NCBI GenBank assembly: GCA_035776755.1
Contig: DASTWS010000030.1
Coordinates: 172,150 to 236,149 of the forward strand
DNA length: 64,000 nucleotides
From: Verrucomicrobiia bacterium
GTDB taxonomy: Bacteria; Verrucomicrobiota; Verrucomicrobiia; Limisphaerales; UBA11358
Reading direction: 5' to 3'
Shown: one piece after another, positions 29,856-41,242 of the stretch
Layout of the letters: each line of letters starts with the position of its first letter
Numbering within the stretch: position 1 is the stretch's first letter
Position numbers and translations under genes: made by a program
The notes under the pieces: model-generated
The model's input: the letters and a program-made list of their open reading frames with translations, nothing else
The model's database searches: none
What the model was told of the DNA's origin: nothing

Positions 29856-32800
29856 TTGAACTCAACCATGCCGGACAAAATCGGACATCTTCAAAAATTA
29901 CTGGGCGAACGCATCGTCACCATCGACGGCGCGATGGGCACAATGATTCAGCAACGCAAGCTCACGGAAAAAGATTATCGCGGCACGAAATTCGACGGTT
30001 GGGGCGGGAAAGATTTGAAGGGCTTGAATGATTTGCTCAACGTCACGCAACCGGAAATCATCGAGGATATTCATCGCCAATATCTCGAAGCCGGCGCAGA
30101 CATCATCGAAACCAACACCTTCAATTCACAAAGCATTTCGCTGGCGGATTATGGAATGGAATCGCTTGCGTATGAATTGAGCAAAGCCGGCGCGGAATGC
30201 GCGCGGCGTGCCGTCGAGAATTTTCAAAAGCAAACCGGGAAAATCGGTTTTGTTGCCGGTTCCATCGGGCCGACGACGAAAACGTCTTCCATTTCCACCG
30301 ACGTTCACAATCCCGGCGCGCGTGGAACAAATTACGATGAATTGGTCGTCGCGTATTCCGAACAAATCAACGGCCTGCTCGACGGCGGCGCGGATCTGCT
30401 TTTGGTCGAAACGATTTTCGACACGCTCAACGCCCGCGCGGCGTTCTTTGCGATTGAGAAAATTTTTGATGAACGCGGCATTTCTCCCCTGCCCTTTCGG
30501 AGGGCGGAGTTCGACGACGCCCAAAATATAAATTCAACTTCAGGGTTTCGCGGAACTCAACCCTCCGAAAAGAAAATTGTTCCGGTTTCCGCCAGCGTCA
30601 CGTTTATCCAGGCCGGCAGCAATCGCGGCGTGACCGGCCAAACGGTCGAAGCCTTTTGGAATTCCATTTCCAATGTTCCACTGCTGTCCGTCGGGATGAA
30701 TTGCGCGCTCGGACCGAAGGAATTGCGCCCGCTCATCGAGGAACTTTCCAACATCGCGCCGGTTTACGTCAGCGCATATCCGAACGCCGGGTTGCCGAAT
30801 CCGCTATTGCCGACGGGTTTTCCCGAAACTCCGGAATCGCTGGCGCCTCAATTACGCGAATGGGCGCAGGCCGGCTGGCTCAATATCGTCGGCGGATGTT
30901 GCGGAACAACTCCGCCGCACATCAAAGCGATTGCCGAAGCGGTGAAAGGTTTGCCGCCGCGCAAAGTTCCGACGGTTGAACCGTATTTGCGTTTGAGCGG
31001 ATTGGATGCGCTCACAGTCCGGCCCGATTCCAATTTCCTCAACATCGGCGAACGCACCAACGTCGCCGGTTCGCCGAAATTCGCGCAACTCATCAAGGCG
31101 AACGATTATGAAGCCGCGCTTACCATCGCCCGACAGCAGGTCGAAAACGGAGCGCAGGTCATTGACGTTTGCATGGACGAAGGGATGATTGACGGCGTCG
31201 CCGCGATGGTGAAATTTCTAAATCTTGTCGCGAGCGAGCCGGACATTTGCAAAGTGCCTGTGATGGTGGATTCCTCGAAATGGGATGTCATTGAAGCCGG
31301 GTTGAAATGTCTCCAGGGCAAAGGCATTGTTAATTCCATTTCACTTAAAGAAGGCGAAGAGAAATTTTTGCAACAAGCAAAACTCGTCCGCCGCTACGGC
31401 GCGGCGGTCGTCGTGATGGCTTTTGATGAACGCGGTCAGGCGGATAATTTTGAGCGGCGAATCGAAGTTTGCAAACGCGCTTACGATTTACTCGTTCAAA
31501 GAGTCGGCTTTCCGCCGCAGGACATCATTTTCGATCCAAACGTCTTGACCGTCGGCACGGGGATGGAAGAGCACGCGAATTATGCCGTGGATTTCATTCG
31601 CGCGACGAAGTGGATCAAAGAGAATCTGCCGCACGCAAAAGTCAGCGGCGGCATCAGCAATGTTTCGTTTTCATTTCGCGGCAACAATGTCGTTCGCGAA
31701 GCGATGCACTCGGCGTTTTTGTATCACGCCATCAAAGCTGGGCTCGATATGGGCATCGTCAACGCGGGACAGCTCGCGGTTTATGACGAAGTTCCGAAGG
31801 ACTTGCTTGCGTTGGTCGAAGACGTTCTGCTGAATCGCAAACCCGAGGCGACCGAGCGCCTGATTAAATTTGCCGAATCGGTGAAACAAAAAGGCAAAGC
31901 GGAAGTCGTTGAAGATGAATGGCGCAAAGGCACGATTGAAGAACGGCTCTCTCATGCGCTGGTTAAAGGCATCGTTGATTTCATCGAACAGGATGCGGAG
32001 GAAGCGCGGCAAAAATACGGGAGGCCATTGCTCGTCATCGAAGGGCCGCTCATGGCCGGTATGAACGTCGTCGGCGATCTGTTCGGCGCGGGCAAAATGT
32101 TTTTGCCGCAGGTCGTCAAATCGGCGCGCGTGATGAAAAAAGCGGTCGCCTATTTGCAACCGTTTATGGAAAAAGAAAAGCAGGCCGCGGTTGCTGCCGG
32201 CGGAACCGCCAAGCCGCAGGGAAAAATTTTGCTCGCGACGGTGAAAGGCGACGTTCACGACATCGGCAAGAACATCGTCGGCGTCGTGCTTGCGTGTAAC
32301 AATTATGAAGTCATTGACCTCGGCGTGATGGTTCCGTGCGATAAAATTCTCACGACGGCACGCGAAACAAAAGCCGACATCATCGGCTTGAGCGGATTGA
32401 TCACGCCGTCGTTGGATGAAATGGTCCATGTCGCGCGCGAAATGGAACGCGAAGGATTGAAATTGCCGCTACTCATTGGCGGCGCGACGACGAGCAAAGC
32501 GCACACGGCGGTAAAAATTGCGCCGGGCTACGGCGAACCGGTCGTCCATGTCATTGACGCCAGCCGCGCCGTGCCGATTGTCAGCAATTTGATCAGCGCG
32601 GAACATAAACCGAAATTCGCGGGAGAAATTCGAGATGAATATGAGCGCATCCGTTCGCAACATGCCGGACCGAAAGCAAAATTGATTTCAATCGAAGATG
32701 CCCGCGCTAACGCGCCGAAATTGAAATTCGATGATTTGCCAAAACCGGAATTCGTCGGCAAACGGACAATTGAGCCGTCACTGGAAGAATTGGCGAACTT

Positions 32801-33692
32801 CATTGATTGGACGCCGTTTTTTCACACGTGGGAATTGCGCGGCGTTTATCCGAAAATTTTGCATCATGAAAAGCATGGCGAAGAAGCCAAAAAACTTTTT
32901 GCGGACGCGCAAACGCTTTTGGAAAAAATTGTTGCCGGCAAATTGCTTCAGCCAAAAGGCATTTACGGATTTTATCCAGCGAATCGCGTTGGCGATGACG
33001 TGGAGCTTTACGCCGATGAATCGCGAAAGAATGTTTTGACGACGTTTCATTTCCTGCGCCAACAGATCGCCAAAGATGATGGCACGCCGAATTGGTCATT
33101 GGCAGATTTCGTCGCATCCAAAAACTCGGCGGATCACCTCGGCGCCTTTGCCGTCACGAGCGGACACGGTTTGCGCGAGCTGATTGAGAAATTCAAAGCG
33201 GACCACGACGATTACAACGCCATCATGGCCGAAGCGCTGGCGGACCGGTTGGCGGAAGGGTTCGCGGAATTTCTGCATAAACGCGTTCGCGATGAATGGG
33301 GTTATGGCAAAGCTGAAAATTTATCGCCGGAAGATTTGATTCGCGAAAAATATCGCGGCATCCGCCCGGCGGCCGGCTATCCGGCGTGCCCGGATCACAC
33401 GGAAAAGCGGATTCTCTGGCAATTGCTGGACGTCGAGAAAAAGGCCGGCATTCAATTGACGGAAAGTTGCGCGATGTGGCCGGGCAGTTCGGTGAGCGGA
33501 CTTTATTTCGCGCATCCGGATTCAAAATATTTCGCGGTTGGCAAATTGGATCGCGACCAGATTTTGGATTATCACGTTCGCAAAGGAATGACGGTAGCGG
33601 AAGTCGAACGTTGGCTCGGGCCGTATTTGAATTATGATCCGGCCAAAACGGCCGGCACAAAAATTGGTTGCGCTTGCGGCCGGGAGCATTGA
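29856..33692 (+). CDS. metH: Cobalamin-dependent methionine synthase
   Basis: Collinear similarity to E. coli MetH as I recall it, across the Hcy, pterin, cap/B12 ([11 protein letters not shown]) and AdoMet-activation domains. Likely start is the ATG at 29868. Contains an extra insert of about 30 aa (see findings). Confidence 0.95.
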   Translation: MNSTMPDKIGHLQKLLGERIVTIDGAMGTMIQQRKLTEKDYRGTKFDGWGGKDLKGLNDLLNVTQPEIIEDIHRQYLEAGADIIETNTFNSQSISLADYGMESLAYELSKAGAECARRAVENFQKQTGKIGFVAGSIGPTTKTSSISTDVHNPGARGTNYDELVVAYSEQINGLLDGGADLLLVETIFDTLNARAAFFAIEKIFDERGISPLPFRRAEFDDAQNINSTSGFRGTQPSEKKIVPVSASVTFIQAGSNRGVTGQTVEAFWNSISNVPLLSVGMNCALGPKELRPLIEELSNIAPVYVSAYPNAGLPNPLLPTGFPETPESLAPQLREWAQAGWLNIVGGCCGTTPPHIKAIAEAVKGLPPRKVPTVEPYLRLSGLDALTVRPDSNFLNIGERTNVAGSPKFAQLIKANDYEAALTIARQQVENGAQVIDVCMDEGMIDGVAAMVKFLNLVASEPDICKVPVMVDSSKWDVIEAGLKCLQGKGIVNSISLKEGEEKFLQQAKLVRRYGAAVVVMAFDERGQADNFERRIEVCKRAYDLLVQRVGFPPQDIIFDPNVLTVGTGMEEHANYAVDFIRATKWIKENLPHAKVSGGISNVSFSFRGNNVVREAMHSAFLYHAIKAGLDMGIVNAGQLAVYDEVPKDLLALVEDVLLNRKPEATERLIKFAESVKQKGKAEVVEDEWRKGTIEERLSHALVKGIVDFIEQDAEEARQKYGRPLLVIEGPLMAGMNVVGDLFGAGKMFLPQVVKSARVMKKAVAYLQPFMEKEKQAAVAAGGTAKPQGKILLATVKGDVHDIGKNIVGVVLACNNYEVIDLGVMVPCDKILTTARETKADIIGLSGLITPSLDEMVHVAREMEREGLKLPLLIGGATTSKAHTAVKIAPGYGEPVVHVIDASRAVPIVSNLISAEHKPKFAGEIRDEYERIRSQHAGPKAKLISIEDARANAPKLKFDDLPKPEFVGKRTIEPSLEELANFIDWTPFFHTWELRGVYPKILHHEKHGEEAKKLFADAQTLLEKIVAGKLLQPKGIYGFYPANRVGDDVELYADESRKNVLTTFHFLRQQIAKDDGTPNWSLADFVASKNSADHLGAFAVTSGHGLRELIEKFKADHDDYNAIMAEALADRLAEGFAEFLHKRVRDEWGYGKAENLSPEDLIREKYRGIRPAAGYPACPDHTEKRILWQLLDVEKKAGIQLTESCAMWPGSSVSGLYFAHPDSKYFAVGKLDRDQILDYHVRKGMTVAEVERWLGPYLNYDPAKTAGTKIGCACGREH

Positions 33693-33746
33693 CGTGAAGG
33701 CCGCTTGAGTTTTGAGCGGCATTGTGGATAATCTCCGCCGTTATTC

Positions 33747-34469
33747 ATGGCCGACATCAAATCCAACGCCGATATTGCCCCGTGTTTGTCCGTTGTCATG
33801 CCGGTTTTTAACGAAGCCGCGACAGTCAACGAAATCATCCAGGCCGTTCTGGCGCAGCGTCCCGTCCAGCAATTGGTCATCGTGGACGATTGTTCCAGGG
33901 ACAACACCTGGGAAAAACTTCAGGCGGCGGCGCGCGGCGATGCGAGGATTTCCCTGGTCCGGCACGAAGTAAACCAGGGCAAAGGCGCTGCGTTGCGAAC
34001 CGGATTTGCGAGTGCCACATCGCCTATCGTCATCATCCAAGATGCGGATCTGGAATATGATCCGGGAGAGTATTATCGTCTGCTGGCGCCGATTTTAGCG
34101 GACAAGGCGGATGTGGTTTTCGGCTCGCGTTTCGTGGGTTCAGATGCCCATCGCGTGTTGTATTTCTGGCATTCGCTGGGAAATAAATTTTTGACGACCG
34201 TTTCCAACATGGCGACGAACCTGAATCTGACCGACATGGAAACTTGTTACAAAGCTTTCCGCCGCGAAATCATCCAGAAAATAAAGATTGATGAATGTCG
34301 CTTTGGATTTGAACCGGAAATCACCGCAAAAGTTGCGCGATTGAAAGTGCGCATCTATGAGGTTGCTATTTCCTATTATGGCCGGACTTACGCGGAAGGA
34401 AAAAAAATCGGCTGGCGCGACGGCTTTCGCGCGCTGTGGTGCATTTTGAAATATAATTTTCTAAGCTAA
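33747..34469 (+). CDS. GT2 glycosyltransferase (polyprenyl-phosphate sugar synthase-like)
   Basis: [29 protein letters not shown] (DxD) motifs. 240 aa. Confidence 0.85.
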   Translation: MADIKSNADIAPCLSVVMPVFNEAATVNEIIQAVLAQRPVQQLVIVDDCSRDNTWEKLQAAARGDARISLVRHEVNQGKGAALRTGFASATSPIVIIQDADLEYDPGEYYRLLAPILADKADVVFGSRFVGSDAHRVLYFWHSLGNKFLTTVSNMATNLNLTDMETCYKAFRREIIQKIKIDECRFGFEPEITAKVARLKVRIYEVAISYYGRTYAEGKKIGWRDGFRALWCILKYNFLS

Positions 34470-35008
34470 TGTCCACGCCAGCCCCACATCAAGGCATCTC
34501 TAAATTAAAGGAGCAGTGGCCCGCTTTTTTTCTAACTTTTGTGGCCGGAATTTTTGCCGTAGGCCTTGTTTGGCCTCAAATTTTTCCCGGCACGGCTCAA
34601 GCAAATGAATTGAATTTGCCCAATCTGGATAAGCGCGCGGAAATGCTGGCGCCGATTTCCGACCCGGTCCAACGCGAACAATATTGCATCGGTCTTTCCG
34701 CCTACGGCCGCGCTCTGGACCGCGCAATTCCTCCTGATGCAAAAATCTTCATGTCCGGCGTGGTCGGAAAAAACGGTGAAAGCCATCTCGCCTATTATTA
34801 TTTTCTACGCAATTATCTTTTTCCGCGGGATCTGGAAATCTCCCTTGGCAAACCCGCGGCCTTGACTTCCGACAGCTGGTTTGAAGGCGCGGATTGCAAT
34901 TCACCGGAAATGTTAAAAACCAATGGATTCGATTTATGGCTGAAGTTCGGTCCTGACGGAAACATTCAAATCCAGCCGTTGACGGAAAAAGGGATGCCAA
35001 AACAATGA
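34469..35008 (+). CDS. Hypothetical membrane-anchored protein
   Basis: Start overlaps the GT2 stop (TAATG). One N-terminal TM helix (PAFFLTFVAGIFAVGLVW). No recognised domain. Confidence 0.55.
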   Translation: MSTPAPHQGISKLKEQWPAFFLTFVAGIFAVGLVWPQIFPGTAQANELNLPNLDKRAEMLAPISDPVQREQYCIGLSAYGRALDRAIPPDAKIFMSGVVGKNGESHLAYYYFLRNYLFPRDLEISLGKPAALTSDSWFEGADCNSPEMLKTNGFDLWLKFGPDGNIQIQPLTEKGMPKQ

Positions 35009-36549
35009 AAGAGTTTCTCGCCTTCCTTTTGCCCGTCGCCGTTGCTTTTGCCGGAACACGGATCGTCCGGCTGATCCTCGGAAAAAAGTTCGAGGAAAAT
35101 TTCGGCATCGGCCTTCGATTTACGCTCGGGCTCGCGGTGGGAATGGTCGTTTTCTCCCAAAGCGTTCTACTGGCCGCCATCGCCGGAATTGATTTAAGCG
35201 GCGCGCTGGCCTGGGCGGCGATGATTTGGGGAATCGTGGAAGTCATTTTGCTTGCGCCCAAAGCCGTGGCGGGCGCCAAACAAATTCAATTTCACTCCGC
35301 GCATTTATGGCTGTTACTGCTGCTGCCGGTTATTTATGCCGCATGGGTTTTTGGAAAACTTTCCACCCTGGAAGGCACACTGGAGTTTGACGCCAATGCG
35401 TTCTGGGTTTTCAAAGCAAAAATTCTTTATCTGGAGCACGGCAAAAACCTTTTCACCACCATCCATCAATCCAACCTTGGCTACACGCACATGGATTATC
35501 CAATGCTTGTGCCGGGAATTTATACTCTCGGCTACGGATTGGCCGGCGGCGTGGATGAGTTCATCAATAAAGTTTGGCCGTTTTGGATGATGGTCGCGTT
35601 GAGCATCGCTGTTATTTCACTTTCCCGTATCTGGAAACGACCGCGTCCCCTGCCCCTTTTAATCGTCAATCTACTCTGCTTTCTTCCGGCTACTCTCCAA
35701 TTTGTCCGCAACGAAGGCGGGACAATTCCCATGGTGTATGGCACGAGCCTGGCCGCAATGTTATTTGTCGTGGCGATCGCAAACGCTGATCAATTCGCAA
35801 TCGCAGCGGGAATTTTGTCCCTCATCATGTGCGCCACCACGAAATTTGAAGGCGTCATTTACGCGGCGCTGTGGGGCGGCATCACCATGATTTTATGCTG
35901 GCGGCGCGGCTGGCTCAAGAGTTCACTCATCTGGAAGCCCATTGCTGTCGCGGCAATTTGCCTCGTGCCCTACCTCTGCTTCCGGCTCGAAAAACCCATC
36001 CTGCATCCTGAATCCAACTGGGCGCACGAAGGCATCAGATCTCCGGCAACCGTCGCTCATCGTTTTCCACAAACTCTTTTGCTCGACGTTGGCTGCCGCT
36101 TTTTTGATAAAGAATTCTTTAAATGGCAGACTCCGGACAAAGAGCATTTACAATTTGTCGGCCACTGGAATGGATTCAAAAGCCTGGCAAACCCCGAACT
36201 TTCCGCCCTCCCGTGGCTCCTGCTGGTTTTCATCGGCTTTTCACTTTGGAAAAAATCACGCGAACGGTTTGCGCTCGTTGTCCTGCTCGCAGTCATTTTC
36301 GGGGAGCTTGCCTTTTTGTCTTTCGTGATTTCCTGTCTCGCCCGGATGCAGGCCGACGTCGCGCAGGTCATTGATTTTGGAACAAATGTAGTCGGACGAT
36401 ACTATTATCCGTTTTTCGTGGCATGCTTTCTGGGCACCGCCTTGATTTGGACGCACCAACAAATTTCCGTGTCGGTTTCAAAACCTGCACCAATAGAGAA
36501 AGCCCCCGTCCCACCTGGAAAACCAGCCGCCAGAAAAAAACAATCATAA
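35005..36549 (+). CDS. Polytopic integral membrane protein (possible GT-C-like glycosyltransferase or polymerase)
   Basis: ATGA overlap with the upstream gene. More than 10 hydrophobic helices. 514 aa. No catalytic motif recognised. Confidence 0.55.
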   Translation: MKEFLAFLLPVAVAFAGTRIVRLILGKKFEENFGIGLRFTLGLAVGMVVFSQSVLLAAIAGIDLSGALAWAAMIWGIVEVILLAPKAVAGAKQIQFHSAHLWLLLLLPVIYAAWVFGKLSTLEGTLEFDANAFWVFKAKILYLEHGKNLFTTIHQSNLGYTHMDYPMLVPGIYTLGYGLAGGVDEFINKVWPFWMMVALSIAVISLSRIWKRPRPLPLLIVNLLCFLPATLQFVRNEGGTIPMVYGTSLAAMLFVVAIANADQFAIAAGILSLIMCATTKFEGVIYAALWGGITMILCWRRGWLKSSLIWKPIAVAAICLVPYLCFRLEKPILHPESNWAHEGIRSPATVAHRFPQTLLLDVGCRFFDKEFFKWQTPDKEHLQFVGHWNGFKSLANPELSALPWLLLVFIGFSLWKKSRERFALVVLLAVIFGELAFLSFVISCLARMQADVAQVIDFGTNVVGRYYYPFFVACFLGTALIWTHQQISVSVSKPAPIEKAPVPPGKPAARKKQS

Positions 36550-36630
36550 ATTCCTCTGGACGGCGGAAAATCGTTTTTGTATAAACGCAGCGAAAGGAAT
36601 TTTGTGGCAGAACAGATTCCAGCTATCAAA

Positions 36631-36870
36631 ATGGTGCCGGTGCATGCCGATGCGTTTGATTCCATCGGCTACAACTCCTCGAACCGTTCGCTCGTCATCA
36701 ACTTCCGCCTGCCGCAGCCGCACGCCGTTTGTTTCCAAAATGTGCCGGGTTTCCGCCACGACGGTTTAATGGCTGCCCCGCGAAAGGACGCTTATTTCAA
36801 AACGTTCATCCAGAACCGATTCTTGGAAAAGCCAGTGGAATTGCCGCCGGCACATCCCACGCCGGTTTAA
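36631..36870 (+). CDS. KTSC-domain protein
   Basis: FDSIGYNSSNRSLVINF...VCFQNVPGFRHDGLMAAPRKDAYFKTFI resembles the KTSC pattern. ATG at 36631 preferred over TTG at 36577. Confidence 0.55.
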   Translation: MVPVHADAFDSIGYNSSNRSLVINFRLPQPHAVCFQNVPGFRHDGLMAAPRKDAYFKTFIQNRFLEKPVELPPAHPTPV

Positions 36871-36910
36871 TGCGACTTGTTTTCTGCGCTGCGCGGATTA
36901 AATTTGTTGC

Positions 36911-37375
36911 ATGAAGAACGACGTTGTGCCCGTGCAAATCCGTGGCATCCTTCCCGCCAACAGCGGCTGTGCGCTCTTCGTCGGAAACGACGAAAAAGTC
37001 TTTGTCATCAACGTCGAACCGCAAATGGGAGCCGTCATCGGAATGTTTCTGCGCCAGACGCCAAAGGAACGCCCGCTGACCCATGATCTGATCAATCGTA
37101 TTTTCACCGGCTTCGGCATCAGCGTCGAACGCGTCGTCATCACCGACCTGAAAAACTCGACCTATTTCGCGCGGCTGATTTTGCAGCAGCAAAATGAATT
37201 GCACACCGCGCGTAAGATTGTGGAAGTGGATGCCCGACCCAGCGATTGCATCGCCATCGCCGCCGCGCAGAAAAAGCCCATCTTCGTTTCCGCGCCTTTG
37301 TTCGAACAGGTCGAAGACATGAGCGAAGTGCTCAATCGCATCAACGAAACCGGCAGCGGCACGGAATCCGAATAA
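36911..37375 (+). CDS. Bifunctional nuclease (BFN/DUF151) family protein
   Basis: VPVQIRGI...ALFVGNDEKVFVINVEPQMGAVI...RPLTHDL...DARPSDCIAIA pattern. Confidence 0.7.
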   Translation: MKNDVVPVQIRGILPANSGCALFVGNDEKVFVINVEPQMGAVIGMFLRQTPKERPLTHDLINRIFTGFGISVERVVITDLKNSTYFARLILQQQNELHTARKIVEVDARPSDCIAIAAAQKKPIFVSAPLFEQVEDMSEVLNRINETGSGTESE

Positions 37376-37376
37376 A

Positions 37377-38510
37377 ATGGCCGCTGCAAATGCTCCAGCC
37401 CTCGCCCTCGTTTGTGGCGACGATGAATTTGCCGTAAAACAACGCGCTAAAAAAATTTATCAGGACTGGTGCGACGAACTCGGCGGCATGGACCATGAAA
37501 TTGTGGACGCCGGCGTTTCCAACAGCGGCGACGCATTGGCCGCCATTTCAAAACTGCGCGAAGCGCTTCAAACGCTTCCGTTTTTCGGTTCCGGCAAAGT
37601 CGTCTGGTTTCGCGATTGTAATTTCCTCGGCGATGAACGCACGGCTTCAGCGCAAGCCGTGACAGAATCATTGAACGATTTGGCGGCGGAATTAAAAAAT
37701 TTCAAATGGGAAAGCGTGCGCCTGATCATCAGTGCCGGAAAAGTGGACAAGCGAAAATCATTTTTCAAAACTTTGGACAAAATCGGACTGGTCGAAAATT
37801 TTTCCGCGTGGTCGGCTGAAGACAAAGATTGGATGGAACGCGCGGAAATGACCGCCCGCGCCGCATTTCGTGAACAGAAAAAAGAGATTTCCGAAAAGGC
37901 GTTGACAGAATTGATCAATCGGATTGGCCCAAATCCGCGCCAAATTGCCGCAGAAATCGAGAAATTGTGTCTATTTGCCGGAAACCGGGCGAAGGTCGAG
38001 CTTTCTGACATTGAAACCATTTGCAGCCGCAATAGAACGGCGCGCGCTTTTGCGCTCGGCGACGCTCTCGGCGACCGCAATCTGGCACAACTGATGCGGT
38101 GTCTGGATGAAGAATTGTGGGAAATGAAATTTGATTCCCGGAAATCCGAAATCGGCTTGCTTTACGGCCTCATCAGCAAAGTGCGCGTGATGCTTTTGCT
38201 GAAAGAGATGACGCGCGAAGGCTGGGTGAAACCGGACGCCGATTACAGCCGGTTCAAGTCGCAACTCGAACGCGTGCCGGAAAACGCATTTCCTGCGGAC
38301 AAGAAATTCAATCCGCTGGCGATGCATCCGTGGATGTTGCACCGGGCGTTGGTGCAATCGAAAAATTATTCGCGCGCCGAATTGGTGCGCGCCATGAATT
38401 TGCTTTTGGACTGCAACCGTAAATTGGTCTCAAGCGGGCTTGACGAAGCGATTGTGTTGCAGCAAATGTTAGTGCAAATTGTCACGCCGCAACAGGCAGT
38501 CACGGCTTAA
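37377..38510 (+). CDS. holA: DNA polymerase III delta subunit
   Basis: Length, N-terminal ALVCGDDEF, and helical C-terminal domains are typical of HolA. Assignment is by overall resemblance only. Confidence 0.6.
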   Translation: MAAANAPALALVCGDDEFAVKQRAKKIYQDWCDELGGMDHEIVDAGVSNSGDALAAISKLREALQTLPFFGSGKVVWFRDCNFLGDERTASAQAVTESLNDLAAELKNFKWESVRLIISAGKVDKRKSFFKTLDKIGLVENFSAWSAEDKDWMERAEMTARAAFREQKKEISEKALTELINRIGPNPRQIAAEIEKLCLFAGNRAKVELSDIETICSRNRTARAFALGDALGDRNLAQLMRCLDEELWEMKFDSRKSEIGLLYGLISKVRVMLLLKEMTREGWVKPDADYSRFKSQLERVPENAFPADKKFNPLAMHPWMLHRALVQSKNYSRAELVRAMNLLLDCNRKLVSSGLDEAIVLQQMLVQIVTPQQAVTA

Positions 38511-38526
38511 AAACACAAAAATTAAA

Positions 38527-39048
38527 ATGTCAGCGCCTTCGGCAAAATTGTCGGTATTGGTCGGCAACGATTTCGCGTGCCTCAAAATCGCTGGCCGCGC
38601 GAATTTCACATTCAGCCCGGATTTTAAAACTCTTTTAACGGAACTGTCGCAAAAAGGTTTCAGCCATTTCATCATTGATCTGTCCGAATGCGTTTTGATG
38701 GACAGCACGTTTCTGGGCGTGCTCGCCGGCTTCGGAATGAAAATGAATTCCAACGGCTCCGAACGGCGCGGCATCGAATTGCACGGCCCGAACACGCGCG
38801 TTTCGGAACTGCTGGAAAATCTCGGCGCGCTACATTTGTTCAAAGTGACCAACGGCGCGTTACAATTGCCAGATGGCTTGCAGCCTTGCGTCCCTTCTCC
38901 CGTAAACGCGAGCCACGAAGAAATCACCCGCACCAGCCTTGAAGCGCATCAAACCCTCATGGCGGTCAATCCCGACAACGTCGCGCGGTTCAAAGATGTC
39001 ACCCAATTTCTCGCCGAAGATTTGAAGAACTTGCAAAAACGTTGCTGA
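38527..39048 (+). CDS. STAS-domain protein (anti-sigma-factor-antagonist-like) with C-terminal extension
   Basis: ATG at 38527. FACLKIAGRANF...FIIDLSECVLMDSTFLGVL STAS pattern. Confidence 0.6.
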   Translation: MSAPSAKLSVLVGNDFACLKIAGRANFTFSPDFKTLLTELSQKGFSHFIIDLSECVLMDSTFLGVLAGFGMKMNSNGSERRGIELHGPNTRVSELLENLGALHLFKVTNGALQLPDGLQPCVPSPVNASHEEITRTSLEAHQTLMAVNPDNVARFKDVTQFLAEDLKNLQKRC

Positions 39049-39049
39049 A

Positions 39050-39090
39050 AATAAAACAGCCCGCCGGTTTGACAGCGGGCTTGTTGATTT
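39050..39090. terminator. Bidirectional hairpin terminator between the STAS gene and ftsH (stronger on minus strand)
   Basis: AGCCCGC-10 nt-GCGGGCT at 39058-39081. On the minus strand it is followed by GTTTTATTTTC. Confidence 0.65.
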
Positions 39091-39105
39091 CAAATACTTC
39101 CTTTT

Positions 39106-41166
39106 TTATGCCGGTGCCGGCGATGGCGCACCCAGTCCCGGCAATTTTGGCGGGGCCGGCTTGGGCGGCGTTTCCGGCAATGGCGTTCCCGCCGGCGCTC
39201 CGAGCATTGGCCCGACCTGGGCGGGCGGCGGCGGCGGCGCGAATTTTCCTGTGCGGATGATTTCGTCCACCTGCGCGCCGTCGAGCGTTTCGTATTCGAG
39301 CAGCGCGTTGGCGATGATCTCCAATTTGTCGCGATGGTCGTTGATCAATTGCTTTGCCGTATTATTCGCCTCGTCAATGATACGTTTGACTTCCGTATCA
39401 ATTTCCTGCGCCGTTTGCTCGCTGTAATCTTTGGCGCGCATCATATCGCGTCCGAGAAAAACGTATTCCTGGCTGTCGCCGTAAAGCACGTTGCCGAGTT
39501 TTTCACTCATGCCCCAATGCATGACCATCGCGCGTGCAAGTTGCGTCGCCTGCTGGATATCCATCGATGCGCCGCTGGAAATGTCTTCCGTGACAAATTC
39601 CTCGGCGATGCGCCCGGCCATGGCCATGATAATCGTATCAATCGCCTGTTTCTTGCGCATGTTGAGCATGTCTTCCTTGGGCAACGACATCGTCACGCCA
39701 AGCGCGCGTCCGCGCGGAATGATAGTCACTTTGTGTAAAGGATGCGTGTGTTTGAGCAAAACATTTACAAGCGCATGGCCGGCTTCGTGCCACGCGGTAG
39801 CGCGCTTTTCTTCATCCGACATCGCCATACTGCGGCGTTCGCGTCCCCAACGCACTTTATCGCGCGCTTCTTCCAATTCTTTCATGCCGACGGCTTTTTT
39901 GTTCAACCGCGCTGCCAGCAACGCCGCTTCATTCAAAAGATTCGCGAGTTCCGCGCCGGAATAGCCGGGCGTTCCGCGCGCGATGATGGACAAATCCACG
40001 CCTTGTTCGAGTTTCACGTTTTTCGCGTGAACTTTCAAAATCGCTTCCCGGCCGCGCACGTCCGGCAAATTCACCGTGACCTGTCGGTCGAACCGGCCCG
40101 GACGCAACAGCGCCGGATCCAAAACGTCCGCGCGATTGGTGGCGGCGATGATAATGATGCCTTCCTGCGTGTCGAAACCGTCCATTTCCACGAGTAATGC
40201 GTTCAACGTTTGCTCGCGTTCGTCGTTGCCGCCGCCAAGCCCGTGACCGCGCGAGCGACCGACCGCATCAATTTCATCAATGAAAATCAAACACGGCGTA
40301 TTGCGACGCGCCTGCTCAAACATGTCGCGCACGCGGCTGGCGCCCACGCCGACAAACATTTCCACAAAATCCGAACCGCTGATGCTGAAAAAGGCCGCAT
40401 CCGCCTCACCGGCGATGGCTTTGGCCAACAGAGTTTTGCCGGTGCCCGGAGGGCCGACCATCAAAACGCCTTTGGGAATCCGTCCGCCAAGGCGTTGGAA
40501 TTTCTTCGGGTCTTTCAAAAACTCAACGAGCTCGGAAACTTCTTCGATGGCCTCCTCGATTCCGGCGACATCTTTGAAAGTCGTTTTGTTCCTGTCTTTG
40601 GCGAGCATTCGTGCTTTGCTCTTGCCGAAGCTCAACGCGCCTTTGCCGGCGACTTTGATTGGCCGGATCAGTAAAAACCAAAAGAGCAGCGCCACGCCTG
40701 CAAAAAATGCGAGCTGCCAGCCGATTTCCCCGAGCATGGGATTCGGCATGTTTAGCGTCACTTTATCAGAGCGAAACAATTCATTTTGCATCGCATCGGT
40801 CAAGATCACATTTGGCGCGACAAACGCCACTTCCTCCGCTTTTCCGGCACTGTCTTTTACGACATTTCCATCTTTGTCGGTCTTCAGATAATTTCCACTG
40901 ACCGTGATCGCGCTTCCCGAAACCGCCGATTGCGGAATCGTGATGGTCGCTTTGGACACGAGATTGGAATCAAATTTCTGAAGAAATGCCGCTTCGCTCA
41001 ATTGCTCACCGGTCGGTGTGGACATGTGATTTTTGAGAACCATCAATGCCACGATACCGCCAATGATGGCAATCCATGCGATCCACGTGAACGTGGGGAT
41101 TTTGAATCCTCCGCCACCCGGCGGTTTCTTGTCATTTCTATTACTGTTTTGTTCGTCGTCAAACAT
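39106..41166 (-). CDS. ftsH: ATP-dependent zinc metalloprotease FtsH
   Basis: Walker [12 protein letters not shown] region, HEAGHAL zinc motif. Pro/Ala-rich C-terminal tail. Confidence 0.95.
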   Translation of the reverse strand: MFDDEQNSNRNDKKPPGGGGFKIPTFTWIAWIAIIGGIVALMVLKNHMSTPTGEQLSEAAFLQKFDSNLVSKATITIPQSAVSGSAITVSGNYLKTDKDGNVVKDSAGKAEEVAFVAPNVILTDAMQNELFRSDKVTLNMPNPMLGEIGWQLAFFAGVALLFWFLLIRPIKVAGKGALSFGKSKARMLAKDRNKTTFKDVAGIEEAIEEVSELVEFLKDPKKFQRLGGRIPKGVLMVGPPGTGKTLLAKAIAGEADAAFFSISGSDFVEMFVGVGASRVRDMFEQARRNTPCLIFIDEIDAVGRSRGHGLGGGNDEREQTLNALLVEMDGFDTQEGIIIIAATNRADVLDPALLRPGRFDRQVTVNLPDVRGREAILKVHAKNVKLEQGVDLSIIARGTPGYSGAELANLLNEAALLAARLNKKAVGMKELEEARDKVRWGRERRSMAMSDEEKRATAWHEAGHALVNVLLKHTHPLHKVTIIPRGRALGVTMSLPKEDMLNMRKKQAIDTIIMAMAGRIAEEFVTEDISSGASMDIQQATQLARAMVMHWGMSEKLGNVLYGDSQEYVFLGRDMMRAKDYSEQTAQEIDTEVKRIIDEANNTAKQLINDHRDKLEIIANALLEYETLDGAQVDEIIRTGKFAPPPPPAQVGPMLGAPAGTPLPETPPKPAPPKLPGLGAPSPAPA

Positions 41167-41242
41167 GATTTTCCTGTTTAGATTCGAAAACTAACACGGC
41201 ATTGCCGCTTTCGCAATTGTCGAATTCTATTACAATTTGTCT

